DNA of 55,442 bases, counting the filler, from an uncultured delta proteobacterium (lineage in GTDB: Bacteria; Desulfobacterota; Desulfobacteria; Desulfobacterales; SG8-13): NCBI GenBank assembly GCA_963848135.1. It is 3 parts of 3 records of this genome, joined end to end, with 100 filler letters (N's around TTAATTAATTAA, not from the genome) between each part and the next. Parts side by side here need not be neighbours in the genome. Positions count along the whole stretch, not along the records: positions 1 to 14,472 come from CAWKCK010000010.1; 2 more parts are not named here. One strand, 5' to 3'. Below are positions 1 through 9,264 of this stretch, in pieces (within the stretch, counting starts at the first letter, position 1; each line of letters begins with the position of its first letter). A program made the translations under genes and the position numbers. The notes beneath the pieces were generated by a model, which saw nothing but the letters and a program-made list of their open reading frames with translations, searched no databases and was not told the origin of the DNA.

Positions 1-150
1 TGGAATTAAACAGCATTGGCAACTCACTGCCCCGTGGCGAGTGGATCACTGTATGAAATACCCAACAAATCGGACTTCTGAGTTTATGAAATTAAACTCA
101 AGGAAAGGTTAACTGTCAGATCAAGTCTGAATTACTACATATTACTCTTC

Positions 151-513
151 TTAACTGCCGATGATTCTTTCCAAAGTTTCCTGCATTCTTTTGCAGTCGA
201 TACAGGATGTAGTAACGGGTCTTGCTTTGAGTCGCTTCAGGGCGATTTCTTCACCACATAATTCACAAATCCCGAATGTGCCGTCGTCCAATCGCTTGAG
301 AGCTTTTTTTATCTTCCGAATTAGCTTGCTTTCGCGCTCCCTGATGCGAAGAGCCAGGTCGCGATCGGTTTGCAAAGATGCCCGGTCAATAATGTCAGAT
401 GCGTGGACCGTTGAATCCAGTAGTCCGTTGATAGTTTGATCGGCGCGCTCCAGAAGCTGTTCCTGCCAATCGATCAGCAACTCCCTATACTTTTTCAGCT
501 CTGATTTTTTCAT
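151..513 (-). CDS. dksA: RNA polymerase-binding protein, DksA/TraR C4 zinc-finger family
   Basis: DIIDRAS (DxxDxA) coiled-coil tip plus CELC...CIDC zinc finger; ATG at 513 follows a GGGG-rich RBS, giving 120 aa. Confidence 0.9.
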   Translation of the reverse strand: MKKSELKKYRELLIDWQEQLLERADQTINGLLDSTVHASDIIDRASLQTDRDLALRIRERESKLIRKIKKALKRLDDGTFGICELCGEEIALKRLKARPVTTSCIDCKRMQETLERIIGS

Positions 514-605
514 TATCCCCACCCCCCGAGATTGACTCTTCTTGTGATTGTTATCCAAAAGCTTGTGTGGCTGGACAGCCCTAATTTTCCTATAAAGTCA
601 CTTTA

Positions 606-770
606 CCAGCTGTTGAAAAACTATTGCGCTTGACAATACGGCGTTAATGACTGAACCACGGGGCCCTACCACCGCTTCAGCGAAAATGCTTATTTATCAC
701 ACATAAACGCCGCTTTTTCGTCGGATTTTGCCTTGTATTGTCGGCGCTCATGACGTTTTTCAGCACCCTG
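606..770. mobile_element. MITE-like palindromic element
   Basis: Imperfect terminal inverted repeats ccagctgttgaaaaac / gtttttcagcaccctg and nested arms caatacggcgtt ... gccttgtattg. Confidence 0.6.
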
Positions 771-775
771 TTAAG

Positions 776-1159
776 TTAAGCTATGGTGTTACATCGTCCG
801 CTTCTTGATCGAAATGGATGTGTATTTTTAATTGATTCGACCAACCGGCGTTTGCCCAAAACGCCGTTGATCGACTCCATGAGTCTGTCTATGGCATCCC
901 TGCTTCGGATGAAGTAAACAAGCACCGGGCAGTCCGGACATTTCTGTTTGATTTCAAGCAGAAGCGTAAAGCTGTCAAACCCTTCTGATAGAGTATTCAG
1001 CAGCACCATGTTCGGCTGAAATTCTTTGAGGTGTACCCAAACCGAATCGGCATCAGCAACAATTGCTGTCCGATAGCCTTCTTCATGCAACGATTTTGAA
1101 ACCAAATACCGGTTATGGGGCTGATCATCCGCAATTAGAATGTGGGCCATTGGGTCCAT
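776..1159 (-). CDS. Single-domain response regulator (atypical receiver)
   Basis: ILIADD acidic pocket, receiver-like spacing, GAGGAGG RBS; phospho-acceptor position reads VLLN rather than D. Confidence 0.8.
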   Translation of the reverse strand: MDPMAHILIADDQPHNRYLVSKSLHEEGYRTAIVADADSVWVHLKEFQPNMVLLNTLSEGFDSFTLLLEIKQKCPDCPVLVYFIRSRDAIDRLMESINGVLGKRRLVESIKNTHPFRSRSGRCNTIA

Positions 1160-1175
1160 CGATTCCTCCTCGCAT

Positions 1176-1307
1176 TTACCGGTGGTGATTGTCAGCCATC
1201 GACTTCGGCTTGAACGATGCGCATTCCATTGTTTCAGTTATAGATTTATCAACATCGGATTGGTCTTTGCCCGTCATGATAATGGCGATCGTTTCCGGTG
1301 ATTCCTT
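1176..1307 (-). pseudogene. Possible remnant of a receiver-domain gene
   Basis: Translates KESPETIAIIMTGKDQSDVDKS...FKP, like the C-terminal half of a receiver domain; in-frame stop directly upstream. Confidence 0.3.
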
Positions 1308-1708
1308 TTACGTTTACCGGCCATGGCAGAGAGGATCGCGCCCAACGCTTCGACTTTTGAGATGGTTTGAGCCGATATGGGGTTCTGTATAGAACTATGT
1401 GGTATATTCGAATATTATTTGGGGAACCACAAGATGAGTTTATTGCGGGTATAATATGAGGTAAATCCCCATATTAATTGGCATAGGAAAGGACGGTGTA
1501 GGGGTGGCGATTTTGAAATTCAGGCCCAGTTTTCTTTGATAACTGTGCCGGTTAAAATCGAGAGAGCTGGTAACCGGGGCATATCAGTTTAGCGAATTCA
1601 TTGGGTGTCTTTCCTTGGGGTAACTTGTTGGCTACTTTGAATTCAAATCTTTACATCCCTCCCTTAGTTGGAAGGAGATGTTGCTAATCCCCACAATACG
1701 GGCAAACT

Positions 1709-1864
1709 TTAAACCAACCAGCGGACAAGAAAGAAAATCAGTAACCAAAGAAGAATCGAGGGGGGTATTGAATAGCAAATCCCACGGAGACAGGTATTTT
1801 CCTCATCTACATTAATGAGATTTCTTGCGTGGTAGTTTTCAATATCGCTGGTTGTGTGGTTCAT
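1709..1864 (-). CDS. Small membrane protein, 51 aa (not in ORF track)
   Basis: MNHTTSDIENYHARNLINVDEENTCLRGICYSIPPSILLWLLIFFLVRWLV; one C-terminal hydrophobic helix; no strong RBS. Confidence 0.5.
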   Translation of the reverse strand: MNHTTSDIENYHARNLINVDEENTCLRGICYSIPPSILLWLLIFFLVRWLV

Positions 1865-2052
1865 CGATGCACCATTTTAGGTCATGCCAGACAACTACGA
1901 ATATGTGCATGAAAATTTTTCAAATGTAATATTCCGTAGGAATAGATTTTTTCAAAATTCAAATAAGCATCTCGCAATATGGAGATAACGGGGCTGGTGC
2001 AGGCTGATCCCATTATCGATATGCAAAAATATACATATCCCCTGGTATGTAT

Positions 2053-2148
2053 TTATTTTCTACCTGAAATCACCAGTATAAATGGGATGTATAAAAGCCC
2101 AATACCAAATACCAGCAAGGTGGTTTCAAACAAGGTTGTTTCAAACAT
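2053..2148 (-). CDS. Small membrane peptide, 31 aa (not in ORF track)
   Basis: AGGAG RBS then MFETTLFETTLLVFGIGLLYIPFILVISGRK; directly downstream of a sigma-54 consensus. Confidence 0.55.
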   Translation of the reverse strand: MFETTLFETTLLVFGIGLLYIPFILVISGRK

Positions 2149-2210
2149 TTAATTTTACTCCTGGCTTATAGTTGAGGATGTCTTACTTAAAGAGGATTGC
2201 GGAAATGTAT

Positions 2211-2226
2211 TGCAATTAAAATGCCG
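2211..2226 (-). promoter_or_regulatory. Sigma-54 (-24/-12) promoter
   Basis: Minus strand CGGCATTTTAATTGCA: GG-N10-GC with TTGCA; AT-rich tract upstream. Confidence 0.65.
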
Positions 2227-2364
2227 CAAATTGATATATTTTTAACTAATTGTAATTAAAGAGTTTTATTTAAAATGGTTTTTTGGTAAAAAGGATAGTG
2301 GATGAATTAACATACAAATTGAGGGTTTTGGGTGTAGGAAATGTAATACACGATTGCTGGATAG

Positions 2365-2460
2365 GTGGCTGAGATAAAAACAAATCGATATAACACTTGT
2401 CGGCACTCTTTAGGATACCGATTGCTTGACCAGGCCGAAGACCTGGACACTGTGCGGGAT
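2365..2460 (+). pseudogene. Tyrosine recombinase/phage integrase fragment
   Basis: YNTCRHSLGYRLLDQAEDLDTVRD matches the box II pattern RHS-x-A/G-x-x-LL-x-x-G-x-DL-x-x-V; the rest of the gene is absent. Confidence 0.55.
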
Positions 2461-2601
2461 AACGGATATATCGAGTGGCGGTCAACGGTAGCTCATACCA
2501 AAAACAGTGGACACACCGAATTGCCAAGATGTATGGAGAACTGGGAGTTGTTCCCCATGGGAAACGTTACGACAAAGAATTCAAGCCGGAGAATTTGACA
2601 T

Positions 2602-4041
2602 ATGAGTCAGACCATATTCTGGACCCTGCATATTCTCATCCAGGTCGCACTCGTCGCGAGGGTGCTACTGCGGCCCCATCGGGAGCCGGCCGCACGGATT
2701 GCCTGGATAGTGGTCATCATCGCCGTTCCGCTGGTGGGCATCTTTTCATACATCCTATTGGGAGAGACAAACATCGGCCGGCACCGGGTGGAGCGGATGC
2801 ACGCGGTTCTCGCCCGGCTGCCGGATGTGGCTGCCGCGCCAGGTTGGGACGACGCAAATTTGAAAGCCGACCTACCGCAGCGTTACGCGCATCTGTTTCA
2901 AGTCGGAAAATCGATCAACGGTTTCGATCCTGTCGGCGGCAACCGGGCACAGTTAATGCAGGACTCGAATGCGACCATAGACCACATGGTGGCAGACATC
3001 GATGCCGCCAAAGACCACGTTCACCTGCTGTTCTACATCTGGCTGCCAGACAACAACGGGCGCAGGGTGGTCGAAGCATTGAAGCGGGCCGTTGGGCGCG
3101 GTGTCACTTGCCGTGCCATGGCTGATGGACTGGGCTCGCGCACCATGATCCACTCAGAACACTGGCAGACCATGCAGAAGGAAGGCGTTCACCTGGCTGT
3201 CGCCCTGCCGATCGGTAACCCCCTGCTGCGGCCACTGAAGGGGCGTATCGACCTGCGCAATCACCGCAAGATCGTTGTCATAGATGATTTCATCACCTAT
3301 TGCGGCAGCCAGAACTGTGCCGATCCGGAGTTTCTGGTCAAGGCCAAGTATGCCCCGTGGGTAGACGCCATGATGCGCTTCGAGGGACCGATCGCCCGTC
3401 AGAACCAACACCTGTTTGTGGGCGATTGGATGGAAGAGACGGGCGAAGAGATTAGCCATCTGTTGAAGCAGCCTCTTCTGCCGGCCCCGCAGGGGTTTCC
3501 GGCGCAGGTGGTCGGAACCGGACCGACAATACGCTTCTCGGCCATGCCCGAGATGTTCGAGTCGCTGATGTACACCGCCCGCCGCGAGCTGGTTATCTCC
3601 ACTCCCTACTACGTTCCTGACGAGGCCATGCAGACCGGGCTGTGCTCAAGTGCCCACCGCGGCGTCGATACAACGATCATTTTCCCGGCACGGAACGACT
3701 CCTGGATCGTCGGTGCGGCAAGTCGAAGTTACTACGACGATCTGCTCGCTGCCGGTGTCCGAATCTTCGAATACGAGGGCGGGCTGTTGCACACAAAGTC
3801 GCTGACACTGGACGGCGAAGTCACACTGATCGGTTCCGCCAACATGGACCGTCGCAGCTTCGAACTTAACTATGAAAACAACATCCTCTTCTACGACCCG
3901 CCGCTGACTGCCGAGGTACGTCACCGCCAGGACAGCTACATTGCCCAATCCAAACCGGTCACCGGTGACATGGTGGCGCACTGGAGTTGGCAGCGCAGGC
4001 TCTGGAACAACGCCATTGCCATGCTGGGGCCCGTGCTGTGA
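2602..4041 (+). CDS. cls: Cardiolipin synthase
   Basis: Two N-terminal TM helices; two PLD HKD motifs (HRKIVVID, HTKSLTLD..GSAN). Confidence 0.95.
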   Translation: MSQTIFWTLHILIQVALVARVLLRPHREPAARIAWIVVIIAVPLVGIFSYILLGETNIGRHRVERMHAVLARLPDVAAAPGWDDANLKADLPQRYAHLFQVGKSINGFDPVGGNRAQLMQDSNATIDHMVADIDAAKDHVHLLFYIWLPDNNGRRVVEALKRAVGRGVTCRAMADGLGSRTMIHSEHWQTMQKEGVHLAVALPIGNPLLRPLKGRIDLRNHRKIVVIDDFITYCGSQNCADPEFLVKAKYAPWVDAMMRFEGPIARQNQHLFVGDWMEETGEEISHLLKQPLLPAPQGFPAQVVGTGPTIRFSAMPEMFESLMYTARRELVISTPYYVPDEAMQTGLCSSAHRGVDTTIIFPARNDSWIVGAASRSYYDDLLAAGVRIFEYEGGLLHTKSLTLDGEVTLIGSANMDRRSFELNYENNILFYDPPLTAEVRHRQDSYIAQSKPVTGDMVAHWSWQRRLWNNAIAMLGPVL

Positions 4042-4260
4042 ATAACACGCTTGGCCAATTTGGCCTCGGAAATCTTCCAGAGCATCAACAAGGCGCTGAC
4101 TATATGGACCTTGAAGGTTTTGATATGCGAGGTGAGTCACCAAAGACATGTAAAATGTATTGCTTTTTAACTGAAACGTCGTGGTTCGATGGATCGGAAG
4201 AATAGATATCCCCTTCAAAGAGTTTATACCTCTAATATTTCAGGGGAAATATAAAAAAGG

Positions 4261-4289
4261 TTGATATTGTATTACATATGATGTACAAT
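4261..4289 (+). promoter_or_regulatory. Sigma-70 promoter with palindromic operator in the spacer
   Basis: TTGATA-17 nt-TACAAT; TGTATTACA palindrome at 4268-4276; predicted +1 falls at about ATG 4296. Confidence 0.55.
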
Positions 4290-4295
4290 TTAGGC

Positions 4296-4796
4296 ATGAA
4301 AAAGGACATCGTTTACTCAATTCGGATGGCAAACTTGGTGCGTGATACGCTCAGGCGTGCAGCAACAAAAGAGCGGAGGACAGTCGCATCCCTTCTGGAC
4401 AAAATCATTTTAAATTATCTTGAAGAGCAGCGCTACCTATTACCGCATGAAACTGGTAATGATCGACGTGTGCATCAGAGGAGCAAAATTACTCTTCCCG
4501 CAATGACGATCATGGAAAATGGTTACAAAAATTCTTCATTCCCCTGTGTGATTACAGATATCGCCATGGGAGGTGTTAATATTACCTATCCTAAGGGGTC
4601 ACAGATAAAAGAGGTTTTGCTGCGCGGGCAGGATGAGTTCAGGCTTTTATTTAGACTTCCCGAAAATAAAATGGAAATCGAATTCAAGTGCGATGCCCGC
4701 CGTTTGGTGGAGGAAGACAGAGAAATTCACGTCGGTGCCATGATCAACAATCCTAATCCTGACGACCTTGACACCCTGCGAAAATACTTAATATAG
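4296..4796 (+). CDS. Ribbon-helix-helix-like domain fused to PilZ domain
   Basis: N-terminal KKDIVYSIRM...LRRAATKERRTVASLLDKII (RHH pattern); RRVHQR and DIAMGG PilZ motifs. Alternative start 4278. Confidence 0.8.
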   Translation: MKKDIVYSIRMANLVRDTLRRAATKERRTVASLLDKIILNYLEEQRYLLPHETGNDRRVHQRSKITLPAMTIMENGYKNSSFPCVITDIAMGGVNITYPKGSQIKEVLLRGQDEFRLLFRLPENKMEIEFKCDARRLVEEDREIHVGAMINNPNPDDLDTLRKYLI

Positions 4797-5204
4797 CATT
4801 GAGCTGAAATCTGAATTCTGTCGGTTATTTCCAAGGTGCAGTAATTTAGACCCGATCTGACAGCAGCCGATTTTAACTCAGTGTCTACCAGCTTAAAATC
4901 AGGCTACAAACTTTTCTCGTCATATATTTTTCCCATCCTTGAGCGTTTCCGTTGGCGTTCGCCCGCAACACATCTTACCTTGTATGTTCATTAATGGTCG
5001 TATTTAAAGTGGCCATTAAAAAAACGATCTGAACCTAACATCACGTTTTATGGCTTTGCATCATAAATACTGCGTTTTTATAAATTGTGATAGGGTTTCG
5101 TGCAATGGTAAAAATCGCTCTTGCGATGCAGGTACTAAAGAATCACCAAAGGGTCATTGTCGGGTGACTGATCCCTGTATTGATATAAATCCAGGAGGAT
5201 ACTG

Positions 5205-6569
5205 ATGAGTGATGTAACTCTCCCGTGGGAAACGCTTAGTGAACTGATCGTTGCGGAAAACAGCGTTGGATTGACAAAATTTATAGATACTCTCAGCCCG
5301 TCGGAAACGGCGAGGGTCATCTCTCGGCTGACAGAGGAAGAACAGCTTCGTCTGCTCAGCATCCTCAGCCCTGAGGATGCCGCCGACGTGATCGAAGACA
5401 TCCCGGAAGCCCAAGCCGCGGAACTGGTGGAGGATATGCCATCGGCGCAGGCGGCGGCTATTATGGAGGAGTTGACCAGCGATCATCTTGTCGATGTTCT
5501 GGGCGAAATGGATGAGGATGCAAGTCAGGCAATTCTTGCGAAAATGGGCCGGAAAGACGCCGAAGAAGCGAGGATGTTGTTGGAGTACGCACCGGACTGC
5601 GCCGGTGGACTCATGATTTCCGAGTTCCTTGCCTATAAAATCGATAATACTATCCAGGACGTACTCGATGACCTACAGGCCAATCGGAGTGAATACGTCG
5701 ATTACCATGTTCAGTATTTTTATGTTGTTGACCGAGAAGAGAAGCTGGCCGGTGTGCTTCGCATGCACCACCTGCTATTTCCTGCCCGGGAAACCCCTCT
5801 CGCCCAAGTCATGCTCACCTCGCCTCTCAGTGTTTCGGACAAGGCTTCGCTTAAAGAGCTTGAGGAGTTTTTCGAAGAACACAATCTGTTCGGTGTGCCG
5901 GTTGTGGACGACGGCCAGCGACTGGTCGGTGTCGTACTGCCGAGGGCTATTGAGGAAGCGGTTAATAAGCGGAAGACAAAAACTTTTCTGCGGTTGAGCG
6001 GTATCATTGGCGGTGAAGAGTTCCGAACCATGCCGTTGCTCTCCCGCTCCGGACGCCGCCTGTCCTGGCTGAGCATGAATATCGTCCTCAATATCATCGC
6101 CGCAAGTGTCATTGCCCTGTATCAGGATACCCTCGCCGCCGTCATAACCTTGGCGGTTTTTCTGCCCATGGTCAGCGACATGAGCGGCTGTTCAGGCAAT
6201 CAAGCCGTGGCGGTTTCCATGCGTGAACTCTCGCTTGGCCTCGTTCGGCCAGGCGAACTGCTCTGGGTGCTGGCAAAGGAGGCCAGGGTCGGCATCATCA
6301 ACGGTCTGGTGCTTGGTTTGCTGCTTGGCGGGGTCGCCTTTATCTGGAAGGGAAACCCGTGGCTTGGAGCTGTCGTCGGCGGTGCATTAGCAGCCAACAC
6401 GCTGGTTTCCGTCGCTCTCGGCGGTATGCTGCCCCTCGTGCTCAAGCGGTTGAAATTGGACCCGGCCCTGGTTTCTAGCCCGTTGCTGACAACGGTCACC
6501 GACATGTGCGGCTTCTTTTTTGTTTTGAGTTTCGCCGCAGCGGTTCTGCCAAAACTTGGAGGCATGTAG
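5205..6569 (+). CDS. mgtE: Magnesium transporter MgtE
   Basis: Acidic N-domain, CBS pair, TM domain with SGNQA and PLLTTVTD. Confidence 0.95.
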   Translation: MSDVTLPWETLSELIVAENSVGLTKFIDTLSPSETARVISRLTEEEQLRLLSILSPEDAADVIEDIPEAQAAELVEDMPSAQAAAIMEELTSDHLVDVLGEMDEDASQAILAKMGRKDAEEARMLLEYAPDCAGGLMISEFLAYKIDNTIQDVLDDLQANRSEYVDYHVQYFYVVDREEKLAGVLRMHHLLFPARETPLAQVMLTSPLSVSDKASLKELEEFFEEHNLFGVPVVDDGQRLVGVVLPRAIEEAVNKRKTKTFLRLSGIIGGEEFRTMPLLSRSGRRLSWLSMNIVLNIIAASVIALYQDTLAAVITLAVFLPMVSDMSGCSGNQAVAVSMRELSLGLVRPGELLWVLAKEARVGIINGLVLGLLLGGVAFIWKGNPWLGAVVGGALAANTLVSVALGGMLPLVLKRLKLDPALVSSPLLTTVTDMCGFFFVLSFAAAVLPKLGGM

Positions 6570-6741
6570 TACGAGACACTGTCCGATATGAATTGATAAC
6601 AAAACCCTACGATAGACCTGCGAACAGGGATATAAAGCAAATGCCATTTGGTGTGCATTTAAACCACGTAATGCTCATATCAGCCCAATTGCTGGTTCAT
6701 AAATGTGTCTTCAGGAGCACCCGTTCCCGTATGACCATAGA

Positions 6742-7578
6742 TTAAATCCTGACCGCGGTGCCCGATACCACGATTCCCCCACGGGTTGGTATTTTCACCG
6801 TGATTCGACTGGGGCGTCCCATGGCTTCACCCTGGTGAATGTGGATCGTGGCCGGTACATCAATGAGATTAGCCGCCCGAAGATACCCTCCGAGAGCAGC
6901 GGCAGCAGCGCCAGTAGCCGGGTCTTCTACCACGCCGCCCACTGGAAAGGGATTGCGGGAGTGGAACATATCCATACTTTGCCGCCACACCAACTGTAAA
7001 GTCGTGAGTCCCTCGCGAAGCATGAGCGCTTTAAGGATCTCGAACTCATATGTCAGTTCAGCCAGGCGATCTTCATCGTCGACAGCGAGCACGATATGCC
7101 ATGCACCTGCATAAGCCCTTGCCGGAGGAATATATGGGTCGAGTTCGTCTCGCCGCCAGCCGAGTGCAGACAGAGTTTCGTCTATCAATGATTCCGACAC
7201 GAGAGTGTACTTTGGCTCGACCGATGTCAACGAGGCCTCTGGTATTTCATTCCGGGTGCGTATGCTAACAGGAACGTCGCCGACAGCTGTTTCCAACACA
7301 TATGTGCCATCGCCCCCGGTTTCTCCCAGCACTACTCCTGTGGCAATCGTGGCGTGTCCGCAGAAAGAGACCTCTGCCTCAGGGCTGAAGTACCGTACGA
7401 CACGATGTTCCCCTCTCGCCGGCGCGACGAAGGCTGTCTCCGAAAAACCAACCTCGGCGGCAATGTTCAGCATTGTATCTGGATCAGGAAGAGTTTCGCC
7501 GATCCACACACCAGCGGGATTTCCCCCTTCAGGATCTATAGTGAAGGCCGCAAGTTTGTGCAGTGTCCCCGACTTCAT
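6742..7578 (-). CDS. PhzF family isomerase/epimerase
   Basis: AF..GGNPAGV, SETAF, EVSFCGHAT, EDPATGAA motifs. Confidence 0.93.
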   Translation of the reverse strand: MKSGTLHKLAAFTIDPEGGNPAGVWIGETLPDPDTMLNIAAEVGFSETAFVAPARGEHRVVRYFSPEAEVSFCGHATIATGVVLGETGGDGTYVLETAVGDVPVSIRTRNEIPEASLTSVEPKYTLVSESLIDETLSALGWRRDELDPYIPPARAYAGAWHIVLAVDDEDRLAELTYEFEILKALMLREGLTTLQLVWRQSMDMFHSRNPFPVGGVVEDPATGAAAAALGGYLRAANLIDVPATIHIHQGEAMGRPSRITVKIPTRGGIVVSGTAVRI

Positions 7579-7686
7579 TGTTTTGTGCTCCGATGTCTTT
7601 AGGTCCGCCGAACGTATAAGATCAACAACCATGTCTACCAACAGACCAAGATTCTCAATTAAATAGAATTCCTATTATGCCTCTTG

Positions 7687-7992
7687 TCAACTACGCTCAA
7701 CGCAGCTTGTCAATTGTTCAAAATATTCTGTGCTATCTGATTCATCCGGCGTTACCTTTTCCGCCATGATCCACGATAGAACCTCTTCTTTTGCAGGTTT
7801 TCTGCCCATGGCCATAATTTTATGTTCGATGACCACAGCCGGTGTCATGCATACCCCAAATTTGATGATATTTTTGTCTTTAACGATCCGCTTGATAGTC
7901 GCTGCAATCTCATTTTCCTCGACAACATTCCACACAATTTCCTCGACCGTGTCACAGATTCTGCAGAAATGCCCCAAAATATATATTTTCAT
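7687..7992 (-). CDS. Thioredoxin-like small redox protein (MTH895/ArsE type)
   Basis: MKIYILG..CRIC and GVCMTPAVVI motifs; GGAGG RBS. Confidence 0.8.
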   Translation of the reverse strand: MKIYILGHFCRICDTVEEIVWNVVEENEIAATIKRIVKDKNIIKFGVCMTPAVVIEHKIMAMGRKPAKEEVLSWIMAEKVTPDESDSTEYFEQLTSCVERS

Positions 7993-8296
7993 TATTTGGC
8001 CCTCCCAGGATCTTGCACCATGTGGACGGTCGCCTCATGGATATGGTGGTGGAAACTTTGACGGCCTCCTTCATTAGAGATTTATTAATCGGCACCGAAC
8101 TATTCCTACAGTAGATGTCTTGTGCGGGTTTTGAATCGTTTATTTCAAGAACCGAAGAAAGAACGATAGCGAAGGATGCGATTGCTTGGATTGCGTTGAG
8201 GCTGTAAGCATTTATTGTTCGTTTCCATATGTTCTGATATACTCAATGATAATATACTAAAAGGTGTGGGGTGGATAAGGAGAGTCATCCTGCCGC

Positions 8297-8557
8297 TCAA
8301 GCCGCATCGGTGATAATGGATTTATTCGCGCCATCCATCAAATCGGATGTCAGGTGGCATTTTTCGCATAGCACCCAAAAGCTGCCAGAATGCAGCTCGT
8401 ACAAAACACCGCCATTAAGACCGTATCCCCCGGATGTTTTCGTTATGGAAACTTCGACCTCACAGCCACAAAACTGGCATTTGTCTGTAGAGACGCACTG
8501 GTCAACACTATTATTTTTTCCGAACAGGCTCTCTATAGCTTCAATGCTGATGATCAC
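8297..8557 (-). CDS. Small hypothetical protein with two CxxC motifs
   Basis: GGAGG RBS before GTG at 8557; CQFC...CEKC; 86 aa. Confidence 0.6.
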   Translation of the reverse strand: MIISIEAIESLFGKNNSVDQCVSTDKCQFCGCEVEVSITKTSGGYGLNGGVLYELHSGSFWVLCEKCHLTSDLMDGANKSIITDAA

Positions 8558-8797
8558 TGAAAACCTCCAACTGTACAGTCTTGGATACTTTAGAAACGGC
8601 CCCTGCCCTGACTCATGGTATGCAATGCCGGCCCTCTTCGACATGGTAGAAATGAATGGGCTGCGCAAGGGTTGCATCGCAAGAGGTGCCAGCTCTTTGC
8701 CCGCATCCTTGAAGATAACGGCATCCCTGCGCAGCACACACTGAATTTACCAAACACGATCTTTAAGGAAGGCTGAGTTCCCCAGCAATTGATGCAT

Positions 8798-9220
8798 TTA
8801 TTGTCTAAAAGTCTTAATTAACCAATTGCCGCTTTCTTTAACCACCGTAAAGGCAGCTTGGAATTTAGCGTTCCCATACCAGGTGTTAACAGTGACTAGC
8901 GCTTCCTCACCGTTTATTTTTATATTAGGATCAGTCATTTTTAATTTTCCACCCCTTGACCATAATTCAGGATCAGATGATTCTATATCGCTTGCCTTTA
9001 GTTCTCCCCCCATCCCTTTGTAATAAATACCATCATCATGAAAAGTCGATCGAATGCCCTTTTTATCTATGCTATTACGTGTATCAGTGTATTTCTGTAA
9101 GAGGTCAACTATCTGCTTTTCATCCTCATTTTTTGTTGCGTATTCGGTTAGCGGGGTGTCGCAAGAATTGAACAGTAAAACAGAGCAAAGAAAAACATTG
9201 ATACATAATATTCTTTTCAT
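8798..9220 (-). CDS. Lipoprotein, NTF2/SnoaL-like fold
   Basis: AGGAGG RBS, signal ending FNSC; pattern IVDLLQKY..IRSTFHDDG..INGEEALV..VKESGNWLI. Confidence 0.75.
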   Translation of the reverse strand: MKRILCINVFLCSVLLFNSCDTPLTEYATKNEDEKQIVDLLQKYTDTRNSIDKKGIRSTFHDDGIYYKGMGGELKASDIESSDPELWSRGGKLKMTDPNIKINGEEALVTVNTWYGNAKFQAAFTVVKESGNWLIKTFRQ

Positions 9221-9264
9221 GCGTAACCTCCTTTTGTGTCTCTGATACAACCGGCTCGTCAAAC

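Noticed and set aside
1478..1495. TGGCATAG as a sigma-54 promoter
   Set aside because: No TTGC-like -12 element at the required spacing.
1695..1745. GGCAAAC as a c-di-GMP-I riboswitch (also 14010)
   Set aside because: The GNRA hairpin and GACGCAAAGC elements are missing; 1709-1864 is better explained as an ORF.
7990..8230. Possible selenoprotein or extra ORF upstream of the thioredoxin-like gene
   Set aside because: No in-frame TGA in a redox motif and no convincing reading frame.
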